From: Eubacteriales bacterium
GTDB lineage: Bacteria; Bacillota; Clostridia; Oscillospirales; CAG-272
DNA: 64,000 nt
Direction: 5' to 3'
Assembly (NCBI GenBank): GCA_045611965.1
Contig: JAZKYE010000062.1
Location: forward strand, 443-64,442
Each line of letters starts with the position of its first letter. Within the stretch, counting starts at the first letter, position 1. This document shows, piece after piece, positions 34,066 through 43,731 of this stretch. Made by a program: the position numbers and the translations under genes. The notes under the pieces are model-generated. The model saw only the letters and a list, made by a program, of their open reading frames with translations, was not told the DNA's origin and did not search any database.

Positions 34066-37000
34066 TCAGCTCTTTTTTAAAACGCATTCAAGCTGATACT
34101 TTTTCGCGCTCTCTGCGTAGCTGTAGAGAGTCTTGATAAGTGAAAGTGCGCTCTTCTTTGCCGCGTTTTCGTCGCTGTTTTCAAGTGCCTCTACATACTG
34201 GATGTAGGACAGCGAGTTAAACTCGGTAATAAAGTCGGTCACGGGGTCATAGGTAAGATCGTCACCGTTGCCGTCAACACCGATAACGATATCCGCGTTA
34301 AAGTCGTAAACCTTGGACTCAAGCTCGTAGAAGTCAAGTCCGTCAGACGTAGCAATACCGTTGATCTCCGTTACAATACCGTTCTCGACGTAAATAAAGT
34401 TCTCGACAAGGGTGCCCTTTGCGCTTGCGTAAGAAAATCTTATCATAGCACTTAGCGTCGGTGCGAAGGTAAATCTGAAGCGTGTCGAGGGCATCGAAAT
34501 ATTAACCGTGACTCCCGTGATGTACTGCGAGATACCCTCGGGGGTCTTGGCTGTATTCTTCGGTGCGAATTCGCTCGGTGTGAAGCCTGCCGCGAGTGCC
34601 GCATTAAGCGCCGCCGCTACCCTCTCGGGTGCTGCCTTTCCTTGATAGAGATATGCTGCCTTTATATATGCGAGCATATCGGTTACCATCTGCTTCGCCT
34701 CTGTCGGATCGTCTTTATTATCTATAACCTTCGTAGCATACTTGGGCACGGAATAGGTCCATTTTGCCGTATGCTGCTTCTGGAATGCGTCAGGGGCAGC
34801 TACGGGTATGACTATCGAGAATTTAATCTCATCATCTGCGTTGAATACCGATATATCCTCGATTGCTATACGGTAGTATTCTTTGCCGTCGTACTCGTAG
34901 TACACGTGGTTTGCAACCTTTCCGTCAGCACCCCATACGGGCTTGAGAGTAGGAATGAAGCTTTTGGATTCGGTCTTGTAAATAACCTCGCCGCCCTCCT
35001 TAAACGAAACTACTGATGCAGGCACATAGATATTGTAGGTAAAGTTGTCAGTAATGCTCAGATTCGATTTAAGCGAGAAATCCGACTTGGTTTTCATAAC
35101 GCATACAGTTCTGTCGGAATCAAGGCTTATAGGATACCTCGGATTAGCAAGAGACAGCGACTCGGTACGCTCAATGCCCGATATCTTCCAGATGAACTTA
35201 TATACGCCTTCCCTTGCGTAATCGAGGTTAGTTTGCTCGATTGATATGGGGCTTCCCTCACCCTTCTCAATGCTCGCGTTATCGTTTTTCGCAGGGGATA
35301 TCATACCGCTTGTCGCAAGAGATGGATCCTCGGTATAGTTAATCCATCTTACGGTAGTTTCACCGTCAGCGAGGGTTACGACCTCAAGTATGTCGTCAAG
35401 CACGAAGGTTCTGCTGTTGAGGTTCGATGTGGCGTTATTGAAGGGCACGGTGATAATGTTGTCACCGCTGTATCTGAATTTCAGTAGCTCGTTTACCCTG
35501 CCGAATTTTGCGTTTTCGAATGCTTTTCCGTTATAGGTAATACCAGAGTGGTTGATAAAATAATCTGCCTTAACTCCATTGGAATTTTTGTTCACAACGG
35601 CTGATGTATGATTGTTGCCGTTAAGATTAATTTTTCCGCTGAAGCTTGCGCCCTCATCATCCACGCCTATGCAGGCAAGAACACAGTTCGTTCTGACACC
35701 GCTCAGGTTTATCGTACCGCTGAACGCAGGAACGTTAACGGTTTGTGTGACGCCGCTCAAATCGACATAAGAATAGGTTGAGGATGCGCCCATTTTATTC
35801 GCAAGGTAGGTGTACTCGGTGAGCGAAACCAGATTAGAATCCTCTATATTCACCACCGCGCTCTCCGTGTTGACGTTGAAGAACGGACCGATATACATCG
35901 TGCCGAAATCGACGCCCTTGAAGTTAAGGCGGGTGTTTTCCGAAAGAGGACGCACAACGAAGAGTCCTGAATAGTCACTGCCCGACTTTACGAATCTGCC
36001 GCCATTCACTGCGTTGACGGTATTATTCTTGCCACGGATATCCGCAATACACGACGAGAAAAGACCTACGTTGCCACCGAGAATGTTAACGACGTTGCCC
36101 TCGCTATGCGGTCCGTCACCCATATGGAATATCGCGCCTGACAAAGTGCTCAAGTCGATTCCTGCGAATATTTCACCGCCGGGAAGCGAGGAAAGAACGT
36201 TCATCGTCGATGCTTCTGCCGCACTCGTGTTATTGAAGTGGAATATCTTCTTGCCATTATCCTCTGATGCACAACGGATAACGGCGAGCCTTGCGCCGTA
36301 AAGGTCGAGCGTCAGGGTTTTGGAATTTATGGGCATCTGCGTATCAGACGTTAACGTAACGTTCTCGCGAAGCTGAATTTTACCGCCGCTCTGAAGCGAG
36401 TTGAAGTCGCTTGCGAACTGCGTCTGGTCAACCGAGTATTTAGTCGCATTTTCGAGCTCCTGCGTGCCGCCGTTATTCCATACTACGTAAACTATCGTTT
36501 TATATACGGCATACAGCTCCTTTTCACCAACCGGTCCCGTAGTCTGATAGGGCTCTGCACCGTCGCTCGTGCCACTCCACGCAACGGGCGCGTAAAGAGT
36601 ATCGTCGCCCGCCGTAGCCGACGGGATGTATTTATTTCTATACTGCGTTTTTATCGGTTGGTTCCACAAAAGCTCGGTAGGATACGAGATGTAAGTGCCG
36701 CCGTATGCGTCATACTCGTTCATTCCGATAACCGAGGTATAGAGGTCAGAGAAGGTATATACTCCGCCCGAGGCGGTGTAGCCGAGAGTTTCCTTAACGG
36801 TGTAATTCTTGAACGTAGCGCTTCCCGTCTGCTTTATTCTGACGGGGTAGTTTATCGCCGTTCCGCTCTCGCTTTTAATAAGATCCACCGTGGAATAATT
36901 GGTCGTGTTATCGTTTATCGCGGCAGTTGTGTTTGTATAATACTTTCCGTACATCTTGCCCTCGGGGGTTACGATGTAGTTCGCGTATGCGCCCATATTC

Positions 37001-40000
37001 GTGCTTGGGTCAGCAGGCGCAGGCGGATTTAAGAAAGTCGAGCCGAAATAATATTCTGTTCCCTGCGTCTTATAGTTGTAGGTTCCGACGGTGTAATTTT
37101 TGAAGCATATATTCGAGCCGATAGCGTAGTTTTTGTCAGGCACGAGATTAAAGCGCAGAGCATCGTATAACACAGGAACTGCGAAAAAGATGTTCCTTTG
37201 AGTACCGACGTGCGAGCTGTTAATGTATAGATCGGCATACGCCTTATCGTAACTATCCTCAAGATAAACCACGAATTTCAGTCTGTTCCAGCTCGTATTT
37301 GCGAGCTTGACGCCACCGCTACCCGCAGCACTCTGCGAGTGGGTTCTCAGATAAACGTCACTTCCGACCGTATCGAAATATGCCGAAACCTTCGTGGTAA
37401 CAAGGTTTTCTTTTCCATCCTCACAACGAATGGTTATATAAGAGCCGTTTCCAATATATTTTAAATCGGTTTTGATATCAATCTCAAACACCATAATATC
37501 GTAGGCGGGATTTTTTCCGGATGAATTGTAAAGAGTGATATCACCGACCTTATCCACGCCTGCTTCCTTGTAGGTGCCTCGTATCAGCAGGTGCGAATCA
37601 AGGCCCGCAGGAACGTCTACGGTTACACCGCCGTCCGTGGAATGCTTGTTGCCAAAGCTTGTATCCGAATTAATGGGGTCCTGAATCTGGAATTTAAGGA
37701 AGCTTCCCTCATCGGAAAGATGCGCCGAGGACAGCTTGCTATCGGAAAGAAGTTCTGCGTCCGAGCCCGAAACCTTATCTGCCGCAGAGAAGTATTTTGC
37801 AGCACCGCCGAGGTTAGCAGGATTTGAGAACATTGCCGCGTCAAGCGCCGAGCTACGAAGGATTGTCTGATTGTTTTCCATCTGCTTTATGATGGCTTCT
37901 TCATCCTTATAGGTATAAAGAGCGTAATCTCTGAAGCAAATATTATCACCGATACCATAGGTCTGATCTACGGCGACGTTGAAGCGCAGAGCATCGTAGT
38001 ATCTCGGTACCTCAGCAAAAAGGTTTACACCGTCACCACCGCCTACCCTGCCGATATGCATTCCAACGAGATAAAAATCAACGTAGTTATCCTTATAATC
38101 GCTGAACAAATTAAGCACCATGGTAATGGTCTGCCACGTACCGTCTTTAACGAGTAGAAGACCGCCCTGACCGTAAGGATACTCGTTATTGGTTCCTCTG
38201 TCAACCACCTGTTCATACGTTCTCACATACGTTTTGTAGCTATTGGCGGCCTCATCCAGGTCCTCGTAAAAATACAGCGACATAAAATTTTTTATCGGAT
38301 TTGATCCGCCATTGGAAAAGCGGAAGGTAAGGACTGAACCATTCCTGATAAAATTCGAATCGGTTTTTATATCAACCTCGAATATCACTTTCTGGTATTG
38401 CGGTGTCGTACCCGCATCGTTATATAAGCGCAGCAATTGCGAGGATGTCGTGCCGCGCATAAGAAGATACGAGTCAAGGCCGCTCGGAATCGTTACAGTT
38501 TTGCCGCCGTCCGTGGAATGCTTATTACCGTAGGCGGTGCTGGATGCCGTGGGATTCTGAATTTCAAATTTAATATAATCGCCCTCATCAGTGAGTCTTA
38601 ACGCTGAGTACTTCTGATTAGGGTTGTTCTGGTCTGCCATCGTACTGCTCTCGGTGTCTTTAAAGTACTTAAGAGCACCTACCACGTCAGGGCTTGCTAC
38701 GGCATCCAGCTCTGAGCTGCGCTGCTTTGTTGAGACGCTGACAAAATTAGCAAGGTTAATGTAAAGCTGATTCGACGTACGTACCGAATACGAGTCAAAG
38801 CATATGGATTCGCCATAATCAAGCCTTGCGTCAGTGCTTACATTATATCTGAAGCCGCTTATCGCCTCGGTTCCGGCCGGCAGAACGTTGTTGTCCGTGC
38901 CAACGTGGGTGCCGTCAATATAGTAATGCACGCTTGAATGCGCGCCCGTCGTACCCGTATCGACAAAGCTTCCGCCTTGATTCTTGATATAGGTTCCGTT
39001 CTCCGACAAAGTATACGTCGAGCCCGACTTCGAGTAACGCCTATCACCCGTAGTATCGGAAAGCTCAAGAACGATAGTAAGCCTGTACCACTGACCTTTA
39101 CTCTTGTTCACCTCATATAAAAGACTCGTAGCGGTATTGGCATTCTTCTGGGTGGTGGTGCGAAGATAAACGCCACCCGACGCCTCGTAGAAGCGCAGCA
39201 TCGAATTATGCTCTGCGAGCTCAGCGTTCTCGAAGGCGGCACGGAAGGTGAAATTTGAGCCATTCGAAAGAAACGTCGAGTCGGTCTTGAAGTGAATTTC
39301 CATAGCAAAGTATCTGAACTTCGCCTTGCCTCTTTTATCGTAAATAAAGGTTCTGTCAACCGCCTCGCTCGCACCGTCGTTGGTGCGCCTGCCGTGCACG
39401 ATGAAATATGATGGCACGACAGTCTTTATTGTATCAGCATCAACGTATCCCGGTTTGCCTGACGCGGTATAGTAGGTGTTAGAGGGTTTAGCGACGTGAA
39501 GCTTGATGTAGCCGCCGTCCTTTGACGGGGATGACGACGAATTTGCCATCGACGTCACCTTGATAGGCGACCTGCCCGTGGTGGTAGTGAGTCCGTCACG
39601 CGCTTCCTGAACGGTGGTGTTATCAGTGCCGTAATAATTGTATCTGATGCTGTATTCGGCCGTGCCCGTACCCGTACTCCACAATGCGTCGTGAAGGCTC
39701 ACTATTCCGTACTTATACGTGAGATCGTCGTATATAGGTGCAATAATGTAGTTGTCCTGCGTGCCGTACTGGACGGACGTGAAGTTACAATTCTTTTGGA
39801 TCTGACAGTTAAATCTGACAGTATCCTCAAGCAGGAAATAATCAGCGGCATCACCTGCCTCATTTTCGGTGTCCTTATCGTCACTTGCCCATAGCAATCC
39901 CGCGATGCCGTACATATCGCAGTTGTTAAAGTAAAACTTCGCGCCCCTGCCTCTGACTACCGAATTTTCCGAGGGAATCATGTAACTCCGATCGGTATCG

Positions 40001-41202
40001 TAAGTATATTTTGCGGCAAGAGTCGCGCCGTCACTCTCCTTTCTTGCATTCGTGAGCTTCGTAATAAGCTCTGGGGTAAGCGGCACTCCGCAGGTAGAGG
40101 CATCCGCCGTGAGCGTAGAGTTTCTTACCTCTATATTGTGCTTGAGCTGCTCGACGGGGCATACTGCACCATCCTGCACGAATACGCGCCAAGCGGCAAC
40201 GAAGGTGCTGGTATCAATCAAAACCTTACCTACAGGCGCAATGTCGTCGGTCGTGTTGATGTATGCTGCAACAGCAGAGTTTTTTTCTCCCTCAAGACGC
40301 CATCCTATCTGATTGCCGTTTGCGTCAAGCTTTCTCGCCCAACCGACAGAGCCGTCCTCGGTGTCGTAGCGCGCAACGGTTGCCTTTACGGTGCAGTTTG
40401 TTATAGTGAGGTAAACTCTGCCCTCTGCCGCAGTGTTATCGGCCGATGCTGCGTGTCTTACGGTAAAGCCTTTTCTCGCGCTGTCAATATAGCAGTTGGT
40501 AAGAGTCGTTTGTGCGTAATCGTAGAAATGGAAGGAAGAGTCGGTCATTGAGGGAATAGTAGAGTCCGTAGGCGATGCCGTCTTGTAAACGACAACTCTG
40601 TCGTATGTCGCCACAACCCTGGACCTCGAATTAAAGAGGCCGTAGGTCGTTTGGGTGCCGTCCTTGGGTGTATATGCCTTGACGTTTGATACATTGACAA
40701 AGCCGTCAGTCGGCGCAATATACACACAGCCCTCACCCGTAAGGGTTATACCGTCGAAGCTACCCTTAAGATTAAAGGTCGAGCCGGCGGGAAGCCTTAC
40801 CATACCCTCCTGCGTGCTAATCCAATTGGAATAGACGTGGATACTACCCTCACCGATGACATTAAGGGTAATTCCCGAGCTCTTTACGTCAAAGATATAG
40901 TCACTTCCGTCGTTGTTGCCCGTATTGGGGCCCGTGAGCTTTTTACCGTTGAGGTCAAGGTTAATATTACAGTTTATCTGAAGGGCGGAAGGTATTTTGA
41001 CATCCCCGATGAGCTTGACGGTCTGCCCACTCTGCGCGGCATTGATCGCCTCTTGAAGCGTAGTATAGCAAGCCGCCCCTATTCTCGCCTGCTTGCCGTC
41101 AGTAGCACCTGCGTATATAGCAGCTGAAAAGCACGCGAAAAGCACCGCCGTAAGAACGGCAGTGAGCAGTATTATAAGTCCTCTTCTTGTTTTTCTTGTC
41201 AT
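34066..41202 (-). CDS. Giant (~2378 aa) secreted or membrane-anchored protein: a beta-helix-like N-terminal region, three LamG/ConA-like repeat modules and a large uncharacterised C-terminal region
   Basis: I prefer the ATG at 41202 (MTRKTRRGLIILLTAVLTAVLFACFSAAIYA), which has AGGAGA 6 nt upstream. The N-terminus (CYTTLQEAINAAQSGQTVKLIGDV...INLDLNGKKLTG) resembles pectate-lyase-fold adhesins. There is no LPXTG, SLH or choline-binding motif. Confidence 0.8.
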   Translation of the reverse strand: MTRKTRRGLIILLTAVLTAVLFACFSAAIYAGATDGKQARIGAACYTTLQEAINAAQSGQTVKLIGDVKIPSALQINCNINLDLNGKKLTGPNTGNNDGSDYIFDVKSSGITLNVIGEGSIHVYSNWISTQEGMVRLPAGSTFNLKGSFDGITLTGEGCVYIAPTDGFVNVSNVKAYTPKDGTQTTYGLFNSRSRVVATYDRVVVYKTASPTDSTIPSMTDSSFHFYDYAQTTLTNCYIDSARKGFTVRHAASADNTAAEGRVYLTITNCTVKATVARYDTEDGSVGWARKLDANGNQIGWRLEGEKNSAVAAYINTTDDIAPVGKVLIDTSTFVAAWRVFVQDGAVCPVEQLKHNIEVRNSTLTADASTCGVPLTPELITKLTNARKESDGATLAAKYTYDTDRSYMIPSENSVVRGRGAKFYFNNCDMYGIAGLLWASDDKDTENEAGDAADYFLLEDTVRFNCQIQKNCNFTSVQYGTQDNYIIAPIYDDLTYKYGIVSLHDALWSTGTGTAEYSIRYNYYGTDNTTVQEARDGLTTTTGRSPIKVTSMANSSSSPSKDGGYIKLHVAKPSNTYYTASGKPGYVDADTIKTVVPSYFIVHGRRTNDGASEAVDRTFIYDKRGKAKFRYFAMEIHFKTDSTFLSNGSNFTFRAAFENAELAEHNSMLRFYEASGGVYLRTTTQKNANTATSLLYEVNKSKGQWYRLTIVLELSDTTGDRRYSKSGSTYTLSENGTYIKNQGGSFVDTGTTGAHSSVHYYIDGTHVGTDNNVLPAGTEAISGFRYNVSTDARLDYGESICFDSYSVRTSNQLYINLANFVSVSTKQRSSELDAVASPDVVGALKYFKDTESSTMADQNNPNQKYSALRLTDEGDYIKFEIQNPTASSTAYGNKHSTDGGKTVTIPSGLDSYLLMRGTTSSQLLRLYNDAGTTPQYQKVIFEVDIKTDSNFIRNGSVLTFRFSNGGSNPIKNFMSLYFYEDLDEAANSYKTYVRTYEQVVDRGTNNEYPYGQGGLLLVKDGTWQTITMVLNLFSDYKDNYVDFYLVGMHIGRVGGGDGVNLFAEVPRYYDALRFNVAVDQTYGIGDNICFRDYALYTYKDEEAIIKQMENNQTILRSSALDAAMFSNPANLGGAAKYFSAADKVSGSDAELLSDSKLSSAHLSDEGSFLKFQIQDPINSDTSFGNKHSTDGGVTVDVPAGLDSHLLIRGTYKEAGVDKVGDITLYNSSGKNPAYDIMVFEIDIKTDLKYIGNGSYITIRCEDGKENLVTTKVSAYFDTVGSDVYLRTHSQSAAGSGGVKLANTSWNRLKFVVYLEDSYDKAYADLYINSSHVGTQRNIFFAVPVLYDALRFNLVPDKNYAIGSNICFKNYTVGTYNYKTQGTEYYFGSTFLNPPAPADPSTNMGAYANYIVTPEGKMYGKYYTNTTAAINDNTTNYSTVDLIKSESGTAINYPVRIKQTGSATFKNYTVKETLGYTASGGVYTFSDLYTSVIGMNEYDAYGGTYISYPTELLWNQPIKTQYRNKYIPSATAGDDTLYAPVAWSGTSDGAEPYQTTGPVGEKELYAVYKTIVYVVWNNGGTQELENATKYSVDQTQFASDFNSLQSGGKIQLRENVTLTSDTQMPINSKTLTLDLYGARLAVIRCASEDNGKKIFHFNNTSAAEASTMNVLSSLPGGEIFAGIDLSTLSGAIFHMGDGPHSEGNVVNILGGNVGLFSSCIADIRGKNNTVNAVNGGRFVKSGSDYSGLFVVRPLSENTRLNFKGVDFGTMYIGPFFNVNTESAVVNIEDSNLVSLTEYTYLANKMGASSTYSYVDLSGVTQTVNVPAFSGTINLSGVRTNCVLACIGVDDEGASFSGKINLNGNNHTSAVVNKNSNGVKADYFINHSGITYNGKAFENAKFGRVNELLKFRYSGDNIITVPFNNATSNLNSRTFVLDDILEVVTLADGETTVRWINYTEDPSLATSGMISPAKNDNASIEKGEGSPISIEQTNLDYAREGVYKFIWKISGIERTESLSLANPRYPISLDSDRTVCVMKTKSDFSLKSNLSITDNFTYNIYVPASVVSFKEGGEVIYKTESKSFIPTLKPVWGADGKVANHVYYEYDGKEYYRIAIEDISVFNADDEIKFSIVIPVAAPDAFQKQHTAKWTYSVPKYATKVIDNKDDPTEAKQMVTDMLAYIKAAYLYQGKAAPERVAAALNAALAAGFTPSEFAPKNTAKTPEGISQYITGVTVNISMPSTRFRFTFAPTLSAMIRFSYASAKGTLVENFIYVENGIVTEINGIATSDGLDFYELESKVYDFNADIVIGVDGNGDDLTYDPVTDFITEFNSLSYIQYVEALENSDENAAKKSALSLIKTLYSYAESAKKYQLECVLKKS
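37080..39560 (-). repeat. Three diverged in-frame repeat modules (~296-308 aa each) within the giant gene; boundaries approximate
   Basis: Recurrent blocks: FAMEIHFKTDSTFLSNGSNFTFR, VIFEVDIKTDSNFIRNGSVLTFRF and MVFEIDIKTDLKYIGNGSYITIRC. Also GNKHSTDGG[KV]TV.[IV]P[SA]GLDS[YH]LL[MI]RGT and YDALRFN[VL]...NICF[RK][DN]Y. Confidence 0.75.
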
Positions 41203-41271
41203 ATGGTATCTCCTGTATGTGTGTATTCTTCGCGCACGAGGGCGCGCAGACAATTAGTTTTATCCAAATAT

Positions 41272-41301
41272 ATTATAAAATATTTTCATACGACAGGTCA
41301 A
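41272..41301 (-). promoter_or_regulatory. Sigma-A type promoter of the giant gene
   Basis: The minus strand reads TTGACC (41301-41296), an 18-nt spacer, then TATAAT (41277-41272). Confidence 0.5.
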
Positions 41302-41447
41302 GTTGCTATTTTAACAAATCGCGCGAGGTGGTTTTGTGGAAAACATACAAAGGCGGTCCGTATGTTGACAATCTCAGGCTTTTGTGCTAAAATTTCATAA
41401 AACCGGTCGCGTTATGCGGTGTATTTAGGACTATTTGGGGGTGCTGT

Positions 41448-42389
41448 ATGAATTTTCTCATAATAGGAACGGGGCATATCAGTGAGCAGTTTGCCGATGC
41501 GCTCGGCCGCCTTGGCATAAAGCCTCATTCGGTTTACTCAAGGGATGCTCTGCGCGCAGAGGAATTTCGCACGAAAATCGGCGCAGGACGCGCTTATTCC
41601 GACCTTGATGCGGCGCTCGCTGACGAGAGTGTAGAGGCAGTATATATCGCCTCACCGAATATATGCCACGCGGGTCAGGCAATTTCCGCCCTTTTAGCAA
41701 AAAAAGCCGTGCTTTGCGAGAAGACGCTTGCGACAAGCTACGGCGAATATCTTGAAATGCGAAGGTGTGCTGACTGGGTGGGCGGAATTTTAGTCGAGGC
41801 GATGCGCCCTGCCTTCGACCCCGTTACCGAGATAATCGAAAGAGAAATACAAGGGTTAGGCAGGATAAGACGCGCATCCTTTACCTTCTGCCAGTATTCC
41901 TCGCGCTACGACGCATTTAAGTCGGGAACGGTGCTGAATGCCTTTAACCCCGATATGAAAAACTCGGCTCTCGCCGACATCGGTGTATATCCTATTTACT
42001 TTGCCGTAAGGCTTTTTGGCGCGCCGACGGGGCTGACTCACCGCTCGGTGTATCTTGAAAACGGCTTTGAGGGCGCGGGGCAAATCCTGCTTCACTACCC
42101 CGATATGCTGTGCGACGTCAATTATTCCAAAATTCACTCGTCACCGACGGGCGGCATAATTGAGGGTGAGCGTGGCACGCTATGCTTTGACAAAATGAAC
42201 GCGCCGAGGCGTATAACCGTAACGGACAGAGATGGCACCTGCCGAGAAATACCCGTAGGTGTATGTGAAAACAACATGATATACGAGATACGGGAATTTA
42301 TAAAAATCGTAAGAGGTGAAGCTAAAGTCCCGCCTCACACCGAAAGAAGCGACGCGGTTATGAAAATAATTGATATGGCGCAGTCATAA
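41448..42389 (+). CDS. Gfo/Idh/MocA family NAD(P)-dependent oxidoreductase
   Basis: MNFLIIGTGHISEQF is a Rossmann N-terminus, ...VYIASPNICH... and ...VLCEKTLA (EKP-like motif) follow. 313 aa. Confidence 0.75.
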   Translation: MNFLIIGTGHISEQFADALGRLGIKPHSVYSRDALRAEEFRTKIGAGRAYSDLDAALADESVEAVYIASPNICHAGQAISALLAKKAVLCEKTLATSYGEYLEMRRCADWVGGILVEAMRPAFDPVTEIIEREIQGLGRIRRASFTFCQYSSRYDAFKSGTVLNAFNPDMKNSALADIGVYPIYFAVRLFGAPTGLTHRSVYLENGFEGAGQILLHYPDMLCDVNYSKIHSSPTGGIIEGERGTLCFDKMNAPRRITVTDRDGTCREIPVGVCENNMIYEIREFIKIVRGEAKVPPHTERSDAVMKIIDMAQS

Positions 42390-42432
42390 CCTGACATTTC
42401 CCATCATACTCTTGCTATGCGAGGTATGAAAT

Positions 42433-43677
42433 ATGAATCCTATAACACTACTCCCCGCCCTGCTTATGCTCGGCGGGGCTTATTTTACCGTTTATCTTGG
42501 CGGCTTTCACATACTGCGCCCGAGGAAAATTTTTATCACCGTTCGTGGCGAGTTAAAGAAGAAAAGTGCCGTTTCCTCACTTATGCTCGCCCTTGCGGGA
42601 ACACTTGGGGTTGGAAACATCACGGGTGTTGCAGTGGGCATTTCAATCGGGGGTGCCGGGGCTGTGCTTTGGCTTCTCGTATCCTGCCTTTTCTCATCGG
42701 TGATAAAATACTGCGAGGTAGCCCTTGCGACAAAGACAAAAAGCCCTGACGGTATGGCAGGGGTTATACGGCAAAGCTTTGGCAGGGTCGGTAGGGCTAT
42801 CAGCACAGTATATGCGCTCTGTTGTCTTTTGCTCTCGTATTTTATGGGCGCATCGCTTCAATCAACGAGCATTGGCGAGTGTGCCGAGTTATCGCTTGGA
42901 ATTAAAGCGGAATACCTTGCGTTACCCCTACTCATATTTGTGATATATATTGCAAATGGCGGTAGCGATAAAATTGAGGGATGTGTCAGATATATCATAC
43001 CTTTGACATCTATTCTTTACATTACTATGTGTTTATGTGTAATAATTCCAAATCTTCACAATATTAATTCCGTAATATCCGAAATATTTTCATCTGCGTT
43101 TTGTCTTAAATCTGCAACGGGCGGCGCGCTTGGCTTTCTCACCTCATCCGCCATAAAAGAGGGCTTTGCGCGAGGTATGCTATCGAACGAGGCAGGGGCA
43201 GGAACATCCGCACTTGCACACATCAGGGCAGGCGAGCGCGATGCCGCTACGGCAGGCGTATTCGGCATTCTTGAGGTATTCTTTGACACGGTAGTTCTCT
43301 GCCCGATAACCGCTCTTACTATACTGCTCTCTTGCAGTAAGGGCTTCGGGCTTGCTATGCTCACCGACGCCTTTTCGGGACGGCTTTTACACTCGGGGGT
43401 GCTTTTATTTATCTGTATATTTTTCTTCGCGCTATCAACCGTACTGTGTTGGTATTATTATGGCGAGCATTGTTATCTTATGCTTTTTAAAAAATCACCG
43501 CGAGCAGTTTATCTTGTGATTTTCTGTGTATTTATCACCCTCGGTCTTGTCACTACACCGAAAAGCCTTATACCTATATGTGACGGACTTCTTTTTCTTA
43601 TGACGCTTATAACGCTTACCACTCTCATAAAGAACCGAGGGGTTATAAGGTCTGCAAGCGAGGCGCTTATGAAATAG
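42433..43677 (+). CDS. Sodium:alanine (amino acid) symporter family (AGCS) transporter
   Basis: LALAGTLGVGNITGVAVGISIGGAGAVLWLLVSCLFSSVIKYCEVAL matches the GTGNIxGVAxAIxxGGPGAxFWMW region of AGCS carriers. Polytopic. Confidence 0.7.
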   Translation: MNPITLLPALLMLGGAYFTVYLGGFHILRPRKIFITVRGELKKKSAVSSLMLALAGTLGVGNITGVAVGISIGGAGAVLWLLVSCLFSSVIKYCEVALATKTKSPDGMAGVIRQSFGRVGRAISTVYALCCLLLSYFMGASLQSTSIGECAELSLGIKAEYLALPLLIFVIYIANGGSDKIEGCVRYIIPLTSILYITMCLCVIIPNLHNINSVISEIFSSAFCLKSATGGALGFLTSSAIKEGFARGMLSNEAGAGTSALAHIRAGERDAATAGVFGILEVFFDTVVLCPITALTILLSCSKGFGLAMLTDAFSGRLLHSGVLLFICIFFFALSTVLCWYYYGEHCYLMLFKKSPRAVYLVIFCVFITLGLVTTPKSLIPICDGLLFLMTLITLTTLIKNRGVIRSASEALMK

Positions 43678-43682
43678 CAAAA

Positions 43683-43716
43683 GCAGACGGATGCTCTCGC
43701 ATCCGTCTGCTTTTCT
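43683..43716. terminator. Bidirectional terminator between the AGCS gene and hom
   Basis: GCAGACGGATGC (43683-43694) pairs with GCATCCGTCTGC (43699-43710). TTTTCTC follows on plus, and the stem is preceded by AAAA. Confidence 0.8.
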
Positions 43717-43731
43717 CTTAAACTATATTTA

